From assembly GCA_951406725.2 (NCBI GenBank), contig OX597819.1, forward strand, positions 38,378,001 through 38,442,000: a stretch of 64,000 bases of DNA, given 5' to 3'. A program made the position numbers and the translations under genes. Source of the DNA: Octopus vulgaris. Lineage: Eukaryota. Each line of letters starts with the position of its first letter. The first letter of the stretch is position 1. This document shows positions 1 through 12,380 of the stretch, one piece after another. The notes under the pieces are model-generated. The model did no database searches. It was not told where the DNA came from and was given only the letters and a program-made list of their open reading frames with translations.

Positions 1-173
1 CACTCTGACAAGTATTTCATTCTTCTTTTGATAAAATATATTTTTTAAAATTTTCTTAATAAATTTTATTTCATTCTTCTTTTGGTAAAATATATTTAAA
101 AAAAAATTTTTTTAATAAATTTATCTTCTTTTGCTGAATATTTTATCTTTTCAACTATTTAATCTAATTTCAG

Positions 174-308
174 TGTGTTTTAATCCTGCTGAGGCATAAT
201 TGCAATCCAAATATCAAAGACAGCACTGGCCAAACAGCTGCTGATGTGGCTGACCGCTGCTGCCAACCAAGTTGTTCCAAAGCCATCAAAGAGTATCCAT
301 ATAAACCA
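174..308 (+). CDS. espn: espin/forked-like gene, internal exon encoding the last ankyrin repeat (earlier exons lie upstream of the window)
   Basis: tttcag acceptor (AG ends 173) and gtatgt donor at 309. 135 nt, phase 0-0. Reads CVLILLRHNCNPNIKDSTGQTAADVADRCCQPSCSKAIKEYPYKP, an ankyrin-type (N-x-K-D-x-x-G-x-T-A-A-D) segment resembling the final espin ANK repeat. Not in the ORF track. Confidence 0.85.
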
Positions 309-1439
309 GTATGTAGTTTGTTTTTTATTTACTTCTCTCATTTGTAACCCAAGATTAACTATGATTATACATGTTATTTCAATACACTTGAATCATAATT
401 GTTTTGAATTTAATTTGAAGTTACATGAACTCCACTGGCTTGAATTACTATAACTGTAAAATAAGTACAATTTCTATCGCTGTAAGAGTTAAGTGGTTAC
501 TTTTGAAAGAGAATCCATTCTTAAACGCAGAAAATGCTTGTGTAAATATCCATATTGTTTTAAAATTTGCGAATTCAAAATTTAAATCCCCTTCTTCCTC
601 ATTGTCTTTCTCTTCCTCATTGTCTTTCTCTTCCTCCCTCTTTCTCCCTATTTCTCTCCCCTCTCTCTCTCTTTCACACGCATCAATATGTACAAATGTC
701 TAAATATTGATTCATTTGTCTGAAATAACCTATTACATTCAAACGGTTGACTATTAGAAAAGCTGATAAGGCACATGAGCAAAGTCCTTCAGATGTAAAT
801 CTGTAGGAAACCAGGAATTTTTATGTGTTTTTATTATTCTCCCTTCCAACCTCTTACCAAATTCACTATTTAGGTTTTTGATATCAACAGATGCAAATGT
901 GTTCCATGATTCAGAAGACATGGATGGCTGAATTAATAGCATTATGTACAACCAGTCTATAGGCCAGTGGTTCCCATCTTGCCACCGGTTCTTTATTATC
1001 CATGTGAAAAAGATGGCCAATAGTTTTCTCATAAAATTTATAGCCATATTGTGTTTAACTGAGTAATATTGGTAGAGGCATCAGAACTAGACAAAAGAGG
1101 AGGAATGACAGAGAATAATGCTGAAAAATACATGAGATTTCAATATCATCTACGTTCAGAGATTTCTTCTCATTGTTCAATATCAATGTTGTTTTCCATG
1201 ATTTCATACTAAAAGACAGAAACTTTCTTAAAATGAGTGATGTTTTATAAGTTTTATAAGCTGGAGATGTACTACAGTGTCAGCTTTTCACTACCAGTGA
1301 ACTAAAGTAACAAGGGGTGGGAGCGTGTAAGGGAGTAGTAGAAGTAGTGGGATAAGTAGTGTGTGTATATATATATATATATATAATTAAATACACAATC
1401 AAAAGTGCTACTATTATGCTATTATGATACTTGAATGGG

Positions 1440-1670
1440 CATATTTATTTCCCATTGCTCCAATCCACTCAGCTGGGAAAAGTGAATAGTGCCTGTATTT
1501 CAAAGGGTCAGCCTTGAAACATTCTGTGTCATGCTGAATTTCCCTGTGAACTACATTAAGGGTATATGTTTCTGTGGAGTGCTTAGCCATTTGCATGTTA
1601 ATTTCATGAGCAGGCTGTTTCTTGATCTGATCAACTGGAACCCTCATCATCATAACTGATGGAGTGCCAG
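1440..1670 (+). mobile_element. SINE body/3' part, followed by an inverted partial copy at 1714-1858
   Basis: Same family as the TSD-flanked element at 45419-45732. Confidence 0.75.
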
Positions 1671-2869
1671 TTTTATTCACACGCAATTATTTTTAAATCC
1701 ATTTCTTCATGCCATCAAGACAACAGCCTGCTCATGAAATTAACATGCAAATGGCTAAGCACTCCACAGAAACATATACCCTTAATGTAGTTCACAGGAA
1801 AATTCAGCATGACACAGAATGTGACAAAGCTGACCCTTTGAAATACAGGCACTATTCATGGCATGCACTTTTAGAGTTTGGATTTCTAAATAGATACTCT
1901 TTCTATTACTACTCTTTCATCTGTAAGTTAAAATTAGAACTTGTTGTCAGTCAAACTTACTGAGATGCAATGGATTATGTACCTTTTGTATCAGTCACTC
2001 ATCATCATGGGCCCGGGAACAGGGGGTGCAGGTGGCGCAAGCGCACCCCCTAGAGTTTTTGCGGAGTGCAGAACCAAAATTTGCAGCCCTACTTATTTTT
2101 CTCAGGTTTTAGAAAATGGTAAATAAAAAGTGATGTGTAAAAAGTAGCTTGAAGTTAGGTTCCTTCTCAAAGAACAAAACACAAAAAAAAAAAAAAATAA
2201 TAATAAGACCTTGTTTGTAAATATTTTTGGACCTGGGTTTGCACCCCCAAGGAAATTTCCTTCCCAAGCCAGTGCTCATCATAATCCTTTGTCACCTTAC
2301 TTGCAATGTCCAACATGCTGAGATCTACATACATAATTTTTTTGCTCTGCTTCATCTGTTTTGGGTACTTTATTGCTAATGTGTGAGTCTTTTCCTCTCT
2401 ACACTTGTCATCCATATACATAATGTGTCCTAATCAGCTAGCAGCAGACAATGCCTATAGTACTCAGATCCTGTCTCATCACTCTTGTGACCTGCTATTC
2501 AAGTTAGTCACCATATTAATAGATTTCAAAATGTCTACGTCATGTTTGATCAATCTGATCAATTGTTGTCATTTATTTGTTCAACATTAACAGCTTTTTA
2601 ATCAAATAAGTCAAACATTTGAACTAAGACTATTGATCAGAAACATTATTTCTAATCAATAACCTTTGGTCAAATAATATTTGACCTAGTTAATTATGCA
2701 GATGATAAAGTTGAGGAGACACCTTTAACCTAATAATAATATATTATATATGCTTTATGAAGTCTATAATTTCTTGGTATAATAGAAAATTATTTTATAT
2801 ATATATATATAATTATATATATTTATATATATAATTATATATATATTTATATATATATATATATATATT

Positions 2870-4800
2870 GAATTTCTAAATGTCTCAAAGAGACATGAGC
2901 GGTGGTGGAGCAATAGAGTGGTTGTATAAAGTCAACATAACGTGACAGTCCCATAGAGGGAATTACACCACCGCTATATAGCCCTAGGAAGCATCGACAC
3001 ATCCTTGCTCCTGCACTGGACAATGACTATAAAGCTAAGTTAGAGACAGATATGGTGAGGTGGATCAGCTCAAAAGAATCATCACATTGATCATATCAGA
3101 CTAAGGATGGGTAGGAAATAAAAACAAGCCCTATCAAAGTATAGAGGCAAGCATTGTATAATATAGCAGTTGCATAAGATATGAGGGAGGAGGAAGGTGA
3201 GTTGGGAGAATAACAGTGAACTGCTAACTTGAGGGAAGAGAAGGGGAAATAAATAGGAGTGTGCAATGGACAAGATTTCCTTCAGGGCACAACATATGTA
3301 AGCGTAACATAAAGGAATATAGAGTTTGAGAGATGAGATGAGATGATGGTCATTGGAATGACATAATCAGCAGACAAGTGTTATGGAGGAAGTGGAAGAA
3401 TGGCCAAAGGGTGGAAAGTTGAGTACAAAGACTTAACTTGTTCAATCAGAGCATAACAATTTATGGTAATATGAAAAAGTTTTGTCAAAGCAGTGACAGT
3501 TAGGATGATAGAGAATCTTCATTTAGTGTTTAAGATTTAGCTAATATGTGTATGGTATTGACATTTAAAATTAGTCATTGAGCCAATGTAAATTCTGAAG
3601 GAATTAAAGTGTGCTGTGGTAACTATACACTTATACACAATATCACAGCATAGACAGTAGCTCTCCAAGGGACAATTAATAGATATTCTGGCGTTGCATG
3701 TCTTCCTATCTCACATACACGGGCTGCTCTGTTTGTCTTGTCAAGATCATTATATGTGCCCATATTATCAATCCTATTATTAATAATATCCTTATCGCTA
3801 ATATCATTGTTAGTATTATAATTATTATTAGAATCATTACGTTAACAATAAATATTATTATTATGATTATAATCATTATAATGATTATAACTACTGCTAT
3901 GTGAGCCACTGCTCATATTATTATTATTCTTATCATAACCATTAACACTGTTTATGATACTGTCCTAATTTTGAGTGAGTGCAGGAGTATCTTTATTAGC
4001 TAGGGTTGGTTGACTATGTTTGTTATTGCAAGATTGATATATAATATTACTATAGGAGTTATTAATAGTATTTAAGATTACATTTATTATAATTATTATT
4101 CTTATGGATACCTATATCATTATTGTTGCCATTAATGCTATTATCATTATTGCTCCAATCAGTGTTACCAATACTAGGATCAGTATTGTTTTATTTTTAG
4201 CTCTATCATGGTTGTTATTCCATGATTTTTGGAGATATTTGTCCATATTGTCTCTACAATTGTTATCGTTACTGAGGGTTGTCATTTTTATGCTTTTCTT
4301 ACAAGTGATATTATCTCTGTCATTATTGCTTTTATGGGAACAGTTATGAAAATAATCATTACTATTATTATAATCACAACAGTTGTTATTGGTATTATTA
4401 GGGTTCTTTTCTACAAGCCCTTACTTTCATCATTCAATGTTATGAGTATAGGGCTGAACTTAAGTGTAGTGGAAAAGGAGAGTTTGATAGTGGGCTTGTT
4501 GGGATGGGAAATTTGATTTAAAGATTTAAAAGAGTTTATGTTGGGCTGTAACTCATTAAAGAGAATGATGTGTGAACCACAGGACTTCATGCTTCCTATT
4601 TTTCTTATTATTTCCACTGTATTTTAAGTGGGAAGTGTTTACCAGGGATGACCATATCAAGTACCTTCCATTTGTAGCCCAAGTTACGTAATTAATAGAG
4701 ACATAATTGTTATCAGAAGTAATGAGCCCTTTACTTTGAATTTCACTAGTGGCATAGTTTGATTTAGGTGTGGTAATATTGTTGGGTGAAGGTTATCATT
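2870..4800 (-). mobile_element. decayed Penelope-like retroelement (GIY-YIG endonuclease relic)
   Basis: Minus strand from 3701 reads TCNARISINCPLESYCLCCDIVYKCIVTTAHFNSFRIYIGSMTNFKCQYHTHIS* (Cys linker plus IVY...YIG). Upstream TIKLSFSTT-like linker motif in ORF 4411..4617. Abuts a (TA)n tract; boundaries approximate. Confidence 0.7.
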
Positions 4801-7631
4801 TTTAACTTGTTTTTTAGCCTAGTGTAGTAAATATTAGTCATATTTTTCTGTGTAGTGATTGTATGCATATTTTCACCCCAGGAACCTCAAATGGAGAATC
4901 CCTGAAATGTTTTCCAAATTTTCTGTTTCTCTAATCGATTGTATTTCAAGGATACAAATCAGTCTGCTCTTTTGTTTTTTTGTAGAACCCAAGCTTTTCC
5001 AGTTTTCTATGCATCTCTGTTGTTATGTAGCCCACTGCACCTATGATAATAGGAACAAATGAAAATCTATAGCCTGGTTATGAGAGATGTATATGTGTGC
5101 ATGTATACCTCTGTGTGTGTGTGTGCATGTATGCATGTGTGTGTGTGCATGTATGCATGTGTGTGTGTGCATGTATGCATGTGTGTGTGTATGTGTCTGT
5201 GTGTATAAAAAGTATTTCGTATCTTATTGAAACTGTAACACTATATGTATTATATTTGTGTAGTTAGTTTTGTGACTGTCTGCCATTTCTATGTCAGCAT
5301 GGAAACAGGATGCCAAGCGACTCGAGATATTCAGAAAGAGATCAATGGATCCAAAATACAATATTGCTTTATATTCAGCTGGATTAATGATTTATTTATC
5401 AAGATTAAAATATTGATAGAAATGTACCTTGTACCTAATACTCCTTTCTATAGATATTACGAAGGACAGTGAACTATGTGCATGTTTCTGTTTACAAACA
5501 CACAGTTTAGCTAAAACAATATTTTGTAAAACTTTAAAAAATCTATCTATAATGTAACATGTAGCAGCTTTTTAAATTTATGCATTTAGTGGTGGTGGTT
5601 GTTGTTGTTGTTGTTGTTGGGAATATGATTTAACGCATTCCTGCTATGACTATCTCATCTTTTGGGATGCATGTAAACTTCAAAAGCCAGTATGTTCTCT
5701 CCTTTTCAAAGATAAGATGTTAGTTGAAGAAAATCTGGCTGCTATTTATAGCATGTCAAGAAAACATGTAAAGGTTCCTGCTTGCAGTTCATATGTTTTT
5801 GGTTGCGTTCATTATAAAGTGGCTGTCAGAGCAAGGAAAGAAATCGATAAAGTCTAGTATGTCAGCCATAGGTTTATTGTGTTCCGTGTTGAAACCAAAC
5901 TTTATTCCTCTGCAATATTTTGGAGAGGTGATTATTGCTCTTCCTCCTCCAAGATAAAAATAAATCAAATAAATGCATAAGTAAAATTCAATCAATATTT
6001 CATATCACTTTAATACAATATTGGAGAAAAGGAGAAAATGTTTCATTGTATTTTTCTAAGATTTAAAACATTTTTTTCATGCTATTTCTGGAAAGCTGGC
6101 TTTTGTTAAAATATATGTTTTTACAGTTAGATACCCTTCCTGTTTTACTTACCTCTTCAATCTTACTTACGCAGACTAATGTTTGTCTCAAGACAACAGG
6201 CTTATTAGATCTGAGCTTAATTTGGTTTTCTAGATATTTAAGTGACTGAGAATATAAAAGTCCCTCTCTCAGCCTTGATTGGCACACCAGTTCATCATGT
6301 TTAACTCTCATCTACCACTATTTGTATTTATTTTTACGTGAGTAGACTGGAAACATAAAATGCCTTGCTAAAAAAAACAAAAAATTGTAGCACCTGATCT
6401 AGGAATTGATCTCATGAGTTAATGATTGTGAGTCCAAATTTATTACCATTAGGCCATGCACCTTCACACAGAAACTAAAGCAATCATAATTTTGCACCTT
6501 TAGCAACACGTTGGTTGTTGAGTATTAATCTTATAATTTTTAGATATTGTAATTGGTGTTTTTACTTAAATGTGTGTTTACATTTGTGTGTGTTCATGTG
6601 TGTGTAAGTTTGTGTGTGTTTTCTTTATGTGTATGAAAGAAATTTACAATCAATTACATCATCACATCAAGAAATAATTGAAGAATGAATATAATAGATT
6701 TTTGTGTTGTTAAATGGTTAATTTGACTCTTCCATGATATAACTGCTTCATTGAATAGAATACTCCACATTATTTGTTCCAACTCTCTACTCTCTAAATT
6801 CATATCACACTGAGGTCATCCTTTGCCTTTTAACTCTTTCAGGGATCAATAATTCAGGTACAAATTCAGGACAGTAGATTGGCAGAATGATATAAAAAGT
6901 CAGATCTGGCAATTTCTGGTATTTGTTTGAATTCTTTGCATTCTGAGTTCAAATTCCCCTCTGGTAGTAATCTTGAATGGTAAACTTAATTTCTCACCTT
7001 GTTTACCATCACTACCTGGCACCTTGGATGTCCCAGTGTGTTGTAAATTCTCAATGAATTGTGTTGTAAATATTCAAGCCAGGCTTCTAGTTTGAGAATG
7101 TCTTACCCCATTCCTTCTTCCCACCAGTCTCAGAGACCTTCAGAGGGGTTGTGGACCCTGCTTTTCCTCTTGACAAAAAGATTTAAAAAATGAAATTAGT
7201 TGCCAAACAAGTAAAACTCCATATATCATCATCATCATCTTCATCAACATTATTTAATGTCCATGTTCCATGCTGGCATGTGTTGGACAGTTTCACAGAA
7301 TCCAATAGGCCTGAAGACTGCATCATACTCCATTATCTGCTTTGGCGTTGTTTCTGTGGCGTCCTTTCTAATGTTAACTTCTTTGCAGCATGTACTGAGT
7401 GCTTTTTCTGGTGCTATCAACACGAGTGAGGTCATCATGCAGGCTGCAAGACTACAAATTCATGATGAAGTGGGGGGACAACTTCATGTTAGTAGATTAC
7501 AGGCAAAAGATGGGAAATAGTATGAGAGAAGGGGCCAGAGCTGAGCAGGTTTCTTGCTGTAAGGAATTACTTGACTATTCTCATTAAAAAGAAAATATTA
7601 CAGGAAAAGAAACTGTCCATTATTCACAATT

Positions 7632-8055
7632 ACTTACTTACTTGTACTTGTACTTGTGGCAACATTCACCCTGGACGGGTTGAGTCGGCTTCTTCTACCA
7701 CCCTCAAGGCATCTCGAACATTCGCCATTGAGAATTCATGGAAGAAGTTTTATGGGAATATGTGGATTTCACAAGCAGTCCCCAACAATCCTGCATGTAG
7801 AGACATCCTGTTTGCCGCAGATTGTCCACAGACGCAGGGACAGAACGACCAAGGAGTCGCCGGTTGCCAAAACAGACACTCCGAGGATTTTCACCAGAGC
7901 CCCATCTGCTGGGTTGTGGCCCTAATACCACTCGGTGTCAGACCAATCTGCCTTGGGTGGCCCTACCAGGAACCGAAGTTCCTGACAGCATAGCTCTGAC
8001 ACTACCCGTTGCCAGCATCCCCACCACGGTGAGGAGGGGATGGACTTTGGAGACA
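7632..8055 (-). mobile_element. short non-autonomous RTE-derived retroposon with 14-bp TSD
   Basis: Direct repeat CATTATTCACAATT at 7618-7631 and 8056-8069. Minus-strand head has GAGCTATGCTG...GTAGGGCCACCCAAG (RTE/BovB-type 5' UTR motif) and a (CAAGTA)n-like tail. Confidence 0.75.
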
Positions 8056-9798
8056 CATTATTCACAATTGAAAGATATCAAAAAATAAAAATTAAAAAAA
8101 TAATTCACAATTGAACTGTTGCAGTTTTTCACATAACTGTCATGCTCTTGGGTGCCATTAGAGGAATCTATTCTGTTATAATCATTTAGATCAGAGTTCC
8201 AGTTTGAGTATATCTTGATATCTTCAGGTTCTACTTCTTACATCTGTAACTCATGGGTTCTTCCTATTTGCAAGATCTCCAAGACTGGTTTGGAGAAAAT
8301 GCTCCTGACTTACAGGCTGTTTGTAGTATGACACATTGCATCAAGATTTAAACATACCATCAAGCCTTTTCCCTAAACAATATTGTGAGTCCCACAAAAA
8401 AAAAAAGGTCTTGAACACTGCCTTTCTTTTACTAAAACCTTTTTTTAATCCCTCATCTTTATTAGCAGCAGCTTCTATATCAACAGCAGTGTTTCATCAT
8501 TTATGTTCTATGGGTTGGCATTATGATATGCCATTAGTAATTTTGGATGGTTATCATCTGCGAGCCTATGAAGTTTGCTTTGTAACTATATGGTTTCAGG
8601 TTCAGTCCTACTCTGAAGCACCTAGGGTACTATACCCCGCCAGTCCAACGAATGCCATGTGGGTGAATTTGGTGTGTATGCACATGTATGTATGTCTAAA
8701 GGTAGACATCCCACAGCTTCTCTTGTTACCATCTAAGCAAAACAGTGATATGATTTTGACACTCTGTATTGACATTACAGCTAGTTTTTCTGCATCTTTG
8801 ACTGCTGATAAAATTTTTTTTAAAAACCCTTTATTGCAAAACAGTTAAGGGTTGACAACAGGGAAAACATCTAGCTGTAAAATGTTGCCTTAAAATAAGT
8901 CCTTTTCCAACCCATGCTAAAACAGATATTAAACAAATGAACAAGTGAATGAACTGCTTTGAAAATCCAAAATCCTAAGATCTGAACTCATCACTACTTT
9001 TCACAGACTTCCCCTTCTGTCTTTACTTCTTATCAGTATTAGCCAACACTCATCATTTATTTATATCACATACCAAACCAATATAGTTGTCTTTCTTGCT
9101 CTTTTGGTTATTTGTGCATTTCAATTATCCATATCTCCATTCAATGTTTATGTTTCACTAAAATGTACGTCAATCATATTTATTACACATAATACATGCA
9201 GTCTACTACTGTTCTTTATTTTTTTTAAGCATAAAGAGGTTCTCTTTATGTTATGCTTTGACAACAGTACAACTTATATTAGAAAGCAATCATTAACTTA
9301 GGGATTGCTCAATACATTTAAATGAAGTACCACCTGGCAGCAGCACTTGGACACCAAGCATTACAAATGCTGTTTGAGTTTCCTTCATGAAAAGCAATTG
9401 GCATGATGCTACAATGAACTGCAATGCTGCACAATAATGAGATGTAAAAATAGTATGCAGAGGATGTGTGAAGGCTGGAAATAAATGGTGCAAGCATAAT
9501 CTGCTTGATATGTAATGTTAGTTAGTGAGTATGAATGATAAAGCACAAATAAGGTGAGGAAAAAACGGGGTAGAAAAGGAACCATATGTAATGAACAAGA
9601 GAGATGACTATGTTGGTACAGGCATACAATACATCTAAATGATGACAGATAAGTATAGAAATGCCAGGAGATCCAGAGACTCATGTAGAAGGAAAGATCA
9701 AGGAAGACATGGGTAGAAATAGTGAAGACTAATCTCAGGAAGCTGAACCTCACAAAGAAGATGACAATGGAATACAACAAGTGATAGGATGCTGTGTT

Positions 9799-10103
9799 GG
9801 TGGAGGCACATGGCCTAGTGGTTAGAGCAGCGGACTCATGGTCGAGGGATTGCGGGTTCAAATCTCAGACCGGGCGATGTGTGTGTTTATTAGCGAAACA
9901 CCTAATCTCTACGCAGCTCCGGCAGAAGGTAATGGCGAAACTTCTGCTGATTCTTTCACCACAACTTTCTCTCACTCTTTCCTCCTGCATCTTGCAGCTC
10001 ACCTGTGACGGACCGGTGTTCCGCTCAGGTGGGGAACCTATGCACCAAGAAACCGGAAAACCGGCCCTTATGAGCCAGGCATGGCTCGAGAAGGAACAAC
10101 AAC
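9799..10103 (+). mobile_element. tRNA-derived SINE, full length
   Basis: A box TGGCCTAGTGG, B box GGTTCAAATC and an (AAC)n tail. TSD ATGCTGTGTT at 9789-9798 and 10104-10113. Confidence 0.88.
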
Positions 10104-10364
10104 ATGCTGTGTTAGATGTGGGGGAGTACTCATCTGGCTCTTGCAAACATGGAAAAACATGTAAAATGATGATGATGCAGATTAATTGGGCTGACAACAC
10201 CATCTACATTATGTAACAGGTGTTTGACATTATTCAACATACAGGCTATTGACATTAAGGTACTAGCTACAGCTGAGATATAGTCTTTGATGTTTCAGGA
10301 CTACCTCTCTGATTAAGAGAGAAATATTTTCTGTTATATTTCCTGTTTGTTTTCTTTCTCTCAG

Positions 10365-10430
10365 ACAAAAGAATGGCTTCCTCTTTTATCCATGACATAC
10401 AAACTTGTTCAAACTCAACAATTTCACTGG
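10365..10430 (+). CDS. candidate 66-nt cassette exon (TKEWLPLLSMTYKLVQTQQFHW)
   Basis: Strong pyrimidine tract ttcctgtttgttttctttctctcag and donor TGG|gtaatt. Open and phase 0-0, compatible with the flanking exons. No homology support. Confidence 0.3.
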
Positions 10431-10585
10431 GTAATTTTTGTTGACAACTGACCACTACCAGTTTCTTTGAACTCTGTTTCTTTTTTTTCTTCCTTTTTTT
10501 TTTTCCACCTGTATAATGTTTATATATATCAATCTTTACTGAAACTGTTTTCTTTTCTTTTTTGGAGAACTCTATTTTAAGAAAT

Positions 10586-10621
10586 ACATACATACATACA
10601 CACACACACATATATATATAT

Positions 10622-10687
<66 letters not shown>

Positions 10688-10862
10688 GTATGTGTGTATA
10701 CATCTACATATATATTGATTTTTACAATCATATATATTCATTCACTATTCATCTGTGTGCATATTGATTTTTATTAACATATATTCATTTACTATTCATG
10801 TATGTGTTAATCTCTCTCTCTCTCTTCTGTCTTTTGTGATTGTGTGTGTATCAATATATATT

Positions 10863-10903
<41 letters not shown>
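10586..10903. repeat. microsatellite cluster (TACA)n/(TA)n/(CT)n/(GATA)n
   Basis: Directly visible simple repeats. Confidence 0.9.
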
Positions 10904-10904
<1 letters not shown>

Positions 10905-11579
10905 TGGACACATATATAAAGATGTGTGCGTGTTATATCATAATCTGTTTTTGTGACTGGTTATATTGAATTGTAATGTTGTTGTGGTTTTTCTTTTTTT
11001 TGCTTTTCTTCATGCTTTAGTAGCAAAGAAATAATAAAGCAACTTTGAAGGGAAATACAACTCAGAAACCAAATGATATATTACTATACACAGACACAGA
11101 AATAAAAGAATTAAACCATGGTGTAACTTAAGGATCAATGAACTAGATTAAAAATATATTAATCTGAGGAGGTGATTCACCTTTACTGGTGATGTTGACA
11201 TTATTGATATCTGATGCAGAAATGAATAAAATGGTTAGGAAAGAATATTATAGATGCTTCAGGTTAATATTTAAAAATAAACTCTATGTTAAATAAATGC
11301 TAGCAGATCTCAAGACCGTAGCTGTTCCAGTAATCAGGTATTGTTACAGTGATGGAGGAAGCTCTTTCAGTTGGAGTTGTCTATGTAGTTTTCACCTTAC
11401 TATGTGCAGGCCTGGACAAAGTCTTTTTTGTTGAATTCTGGTGGTTGCCTATGTATGCAAGTCTCCTCTCTCATGTGGAAAATTGGTGGAATCATCTGTG
11501 CATTGTACAGAATTATGGTCTTTGTTCCAGTTCTCTGCATTCTAAGTTCAAATGTCACTGAGTTCAATTTTGTTTAGGC

Positions 11580-11915
11580 CTCATGGAGGCAAAGTGGCTG
11601 AGTTCCTTTCGAGTGTTGGGCCTGAAGGAGGCAATGGCCAAGACCTTTGATATTATGTCATGCTTGAGAAGAAAACCCATCAAGCCAAGCAAAATCGCAG
11701 TCATGGCAGATACCGCTGTCATACAAATGGTACCCGTGCCAATGGCATGTAAAAACGCCCATTACACTCTCGGAATGGTTGGCATTAGTAAGGACATCCA
11801 GCCATAGAAAACCATGCTAAATCAGATTGGATCCTGGCACAGCCTTCCAGCATGCCAGCCCAGTCAAACTGTCCAACCCATGCCAGCATGGACAACAGAC
11901 GTTAAATGATGATGA
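11580..11915 (+). mobile_element. RTE-type LINE 3' UTR fragment with (GAT)n tail
   Basis: Shares the terminal GGCATTAG..CATCCAGC..CCATGCCAGCATGG..GATGATGAT with the element at 59677-60608. Confidence 0.65.
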
Positions 11916-11941
11916 TCCTTTTGGAGTTGATAAAAATAAGG

Positions 11942-12125
11942 TGCAGATGTGGTGTGGCTGTGTGATATGAAGCTTGCTTCTCAACCACATGGTTCCACAT
12001 TCAGTCACACTGTGTGACACCTTAGACAAATATCTTCCACTATATCCTCAGGCCAACCAAAGCCTTGTGAGTGGATTTGGTAGACGGAAACTGAAAGAAA
12101 CCCAGTGTATACATATCTATCTATC

Positions 12126-12164
<39 letters not shown>

Positions 12165-12380
12165 ATATTTGTGTATGTGTCTCTGTGTCTGTATTTGTCC
12201 CCCAATCACTGCTTGACAACCAGTGTTGGTGTGTTTACATCCCCATAACTTATCAGTTTGGCAAAAGAGGCCTTTAGAATAAGTACCAGGTTTAAAAACT
12301 AAGATTTGTTCAACAAAAAATCCTTCAAGGTGGTGCTCCAGCATGGACACCGTCATATGACTGAAACACAGGTAAAAAGT
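11942..12380 (+). mobile_element. tRNA-derived SINE with internal (TA)/(TG) microsatellite, diverged copy
   Basis: Reverse complement of the family at 13711-14093. Confidence 0.75.

Noticed and set aside
13-132. About 55-bp tandem duplication upstream of the first exon
   Set aside because: Real but low-complexity AT-rich intron sequence with no evident function.
2005-2100. GC-rich segment resembling a DNA transposon terminus
   Set aside because: No matching second TIR or TSD found; cannot be classified.
3698-4516. Ile-rich hydrophobic ORFs as membrane proteins
   Set aside because: Translation artefacts of ATT/AAT low-complexity DNA in a retroelement relic.
9799-9875. tRNA gene (also at 19775, 39357 and 54255)
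   Set aside because: A/B boxes continue into SINE bodies with tails and TSDs; no complete cloverleaf.
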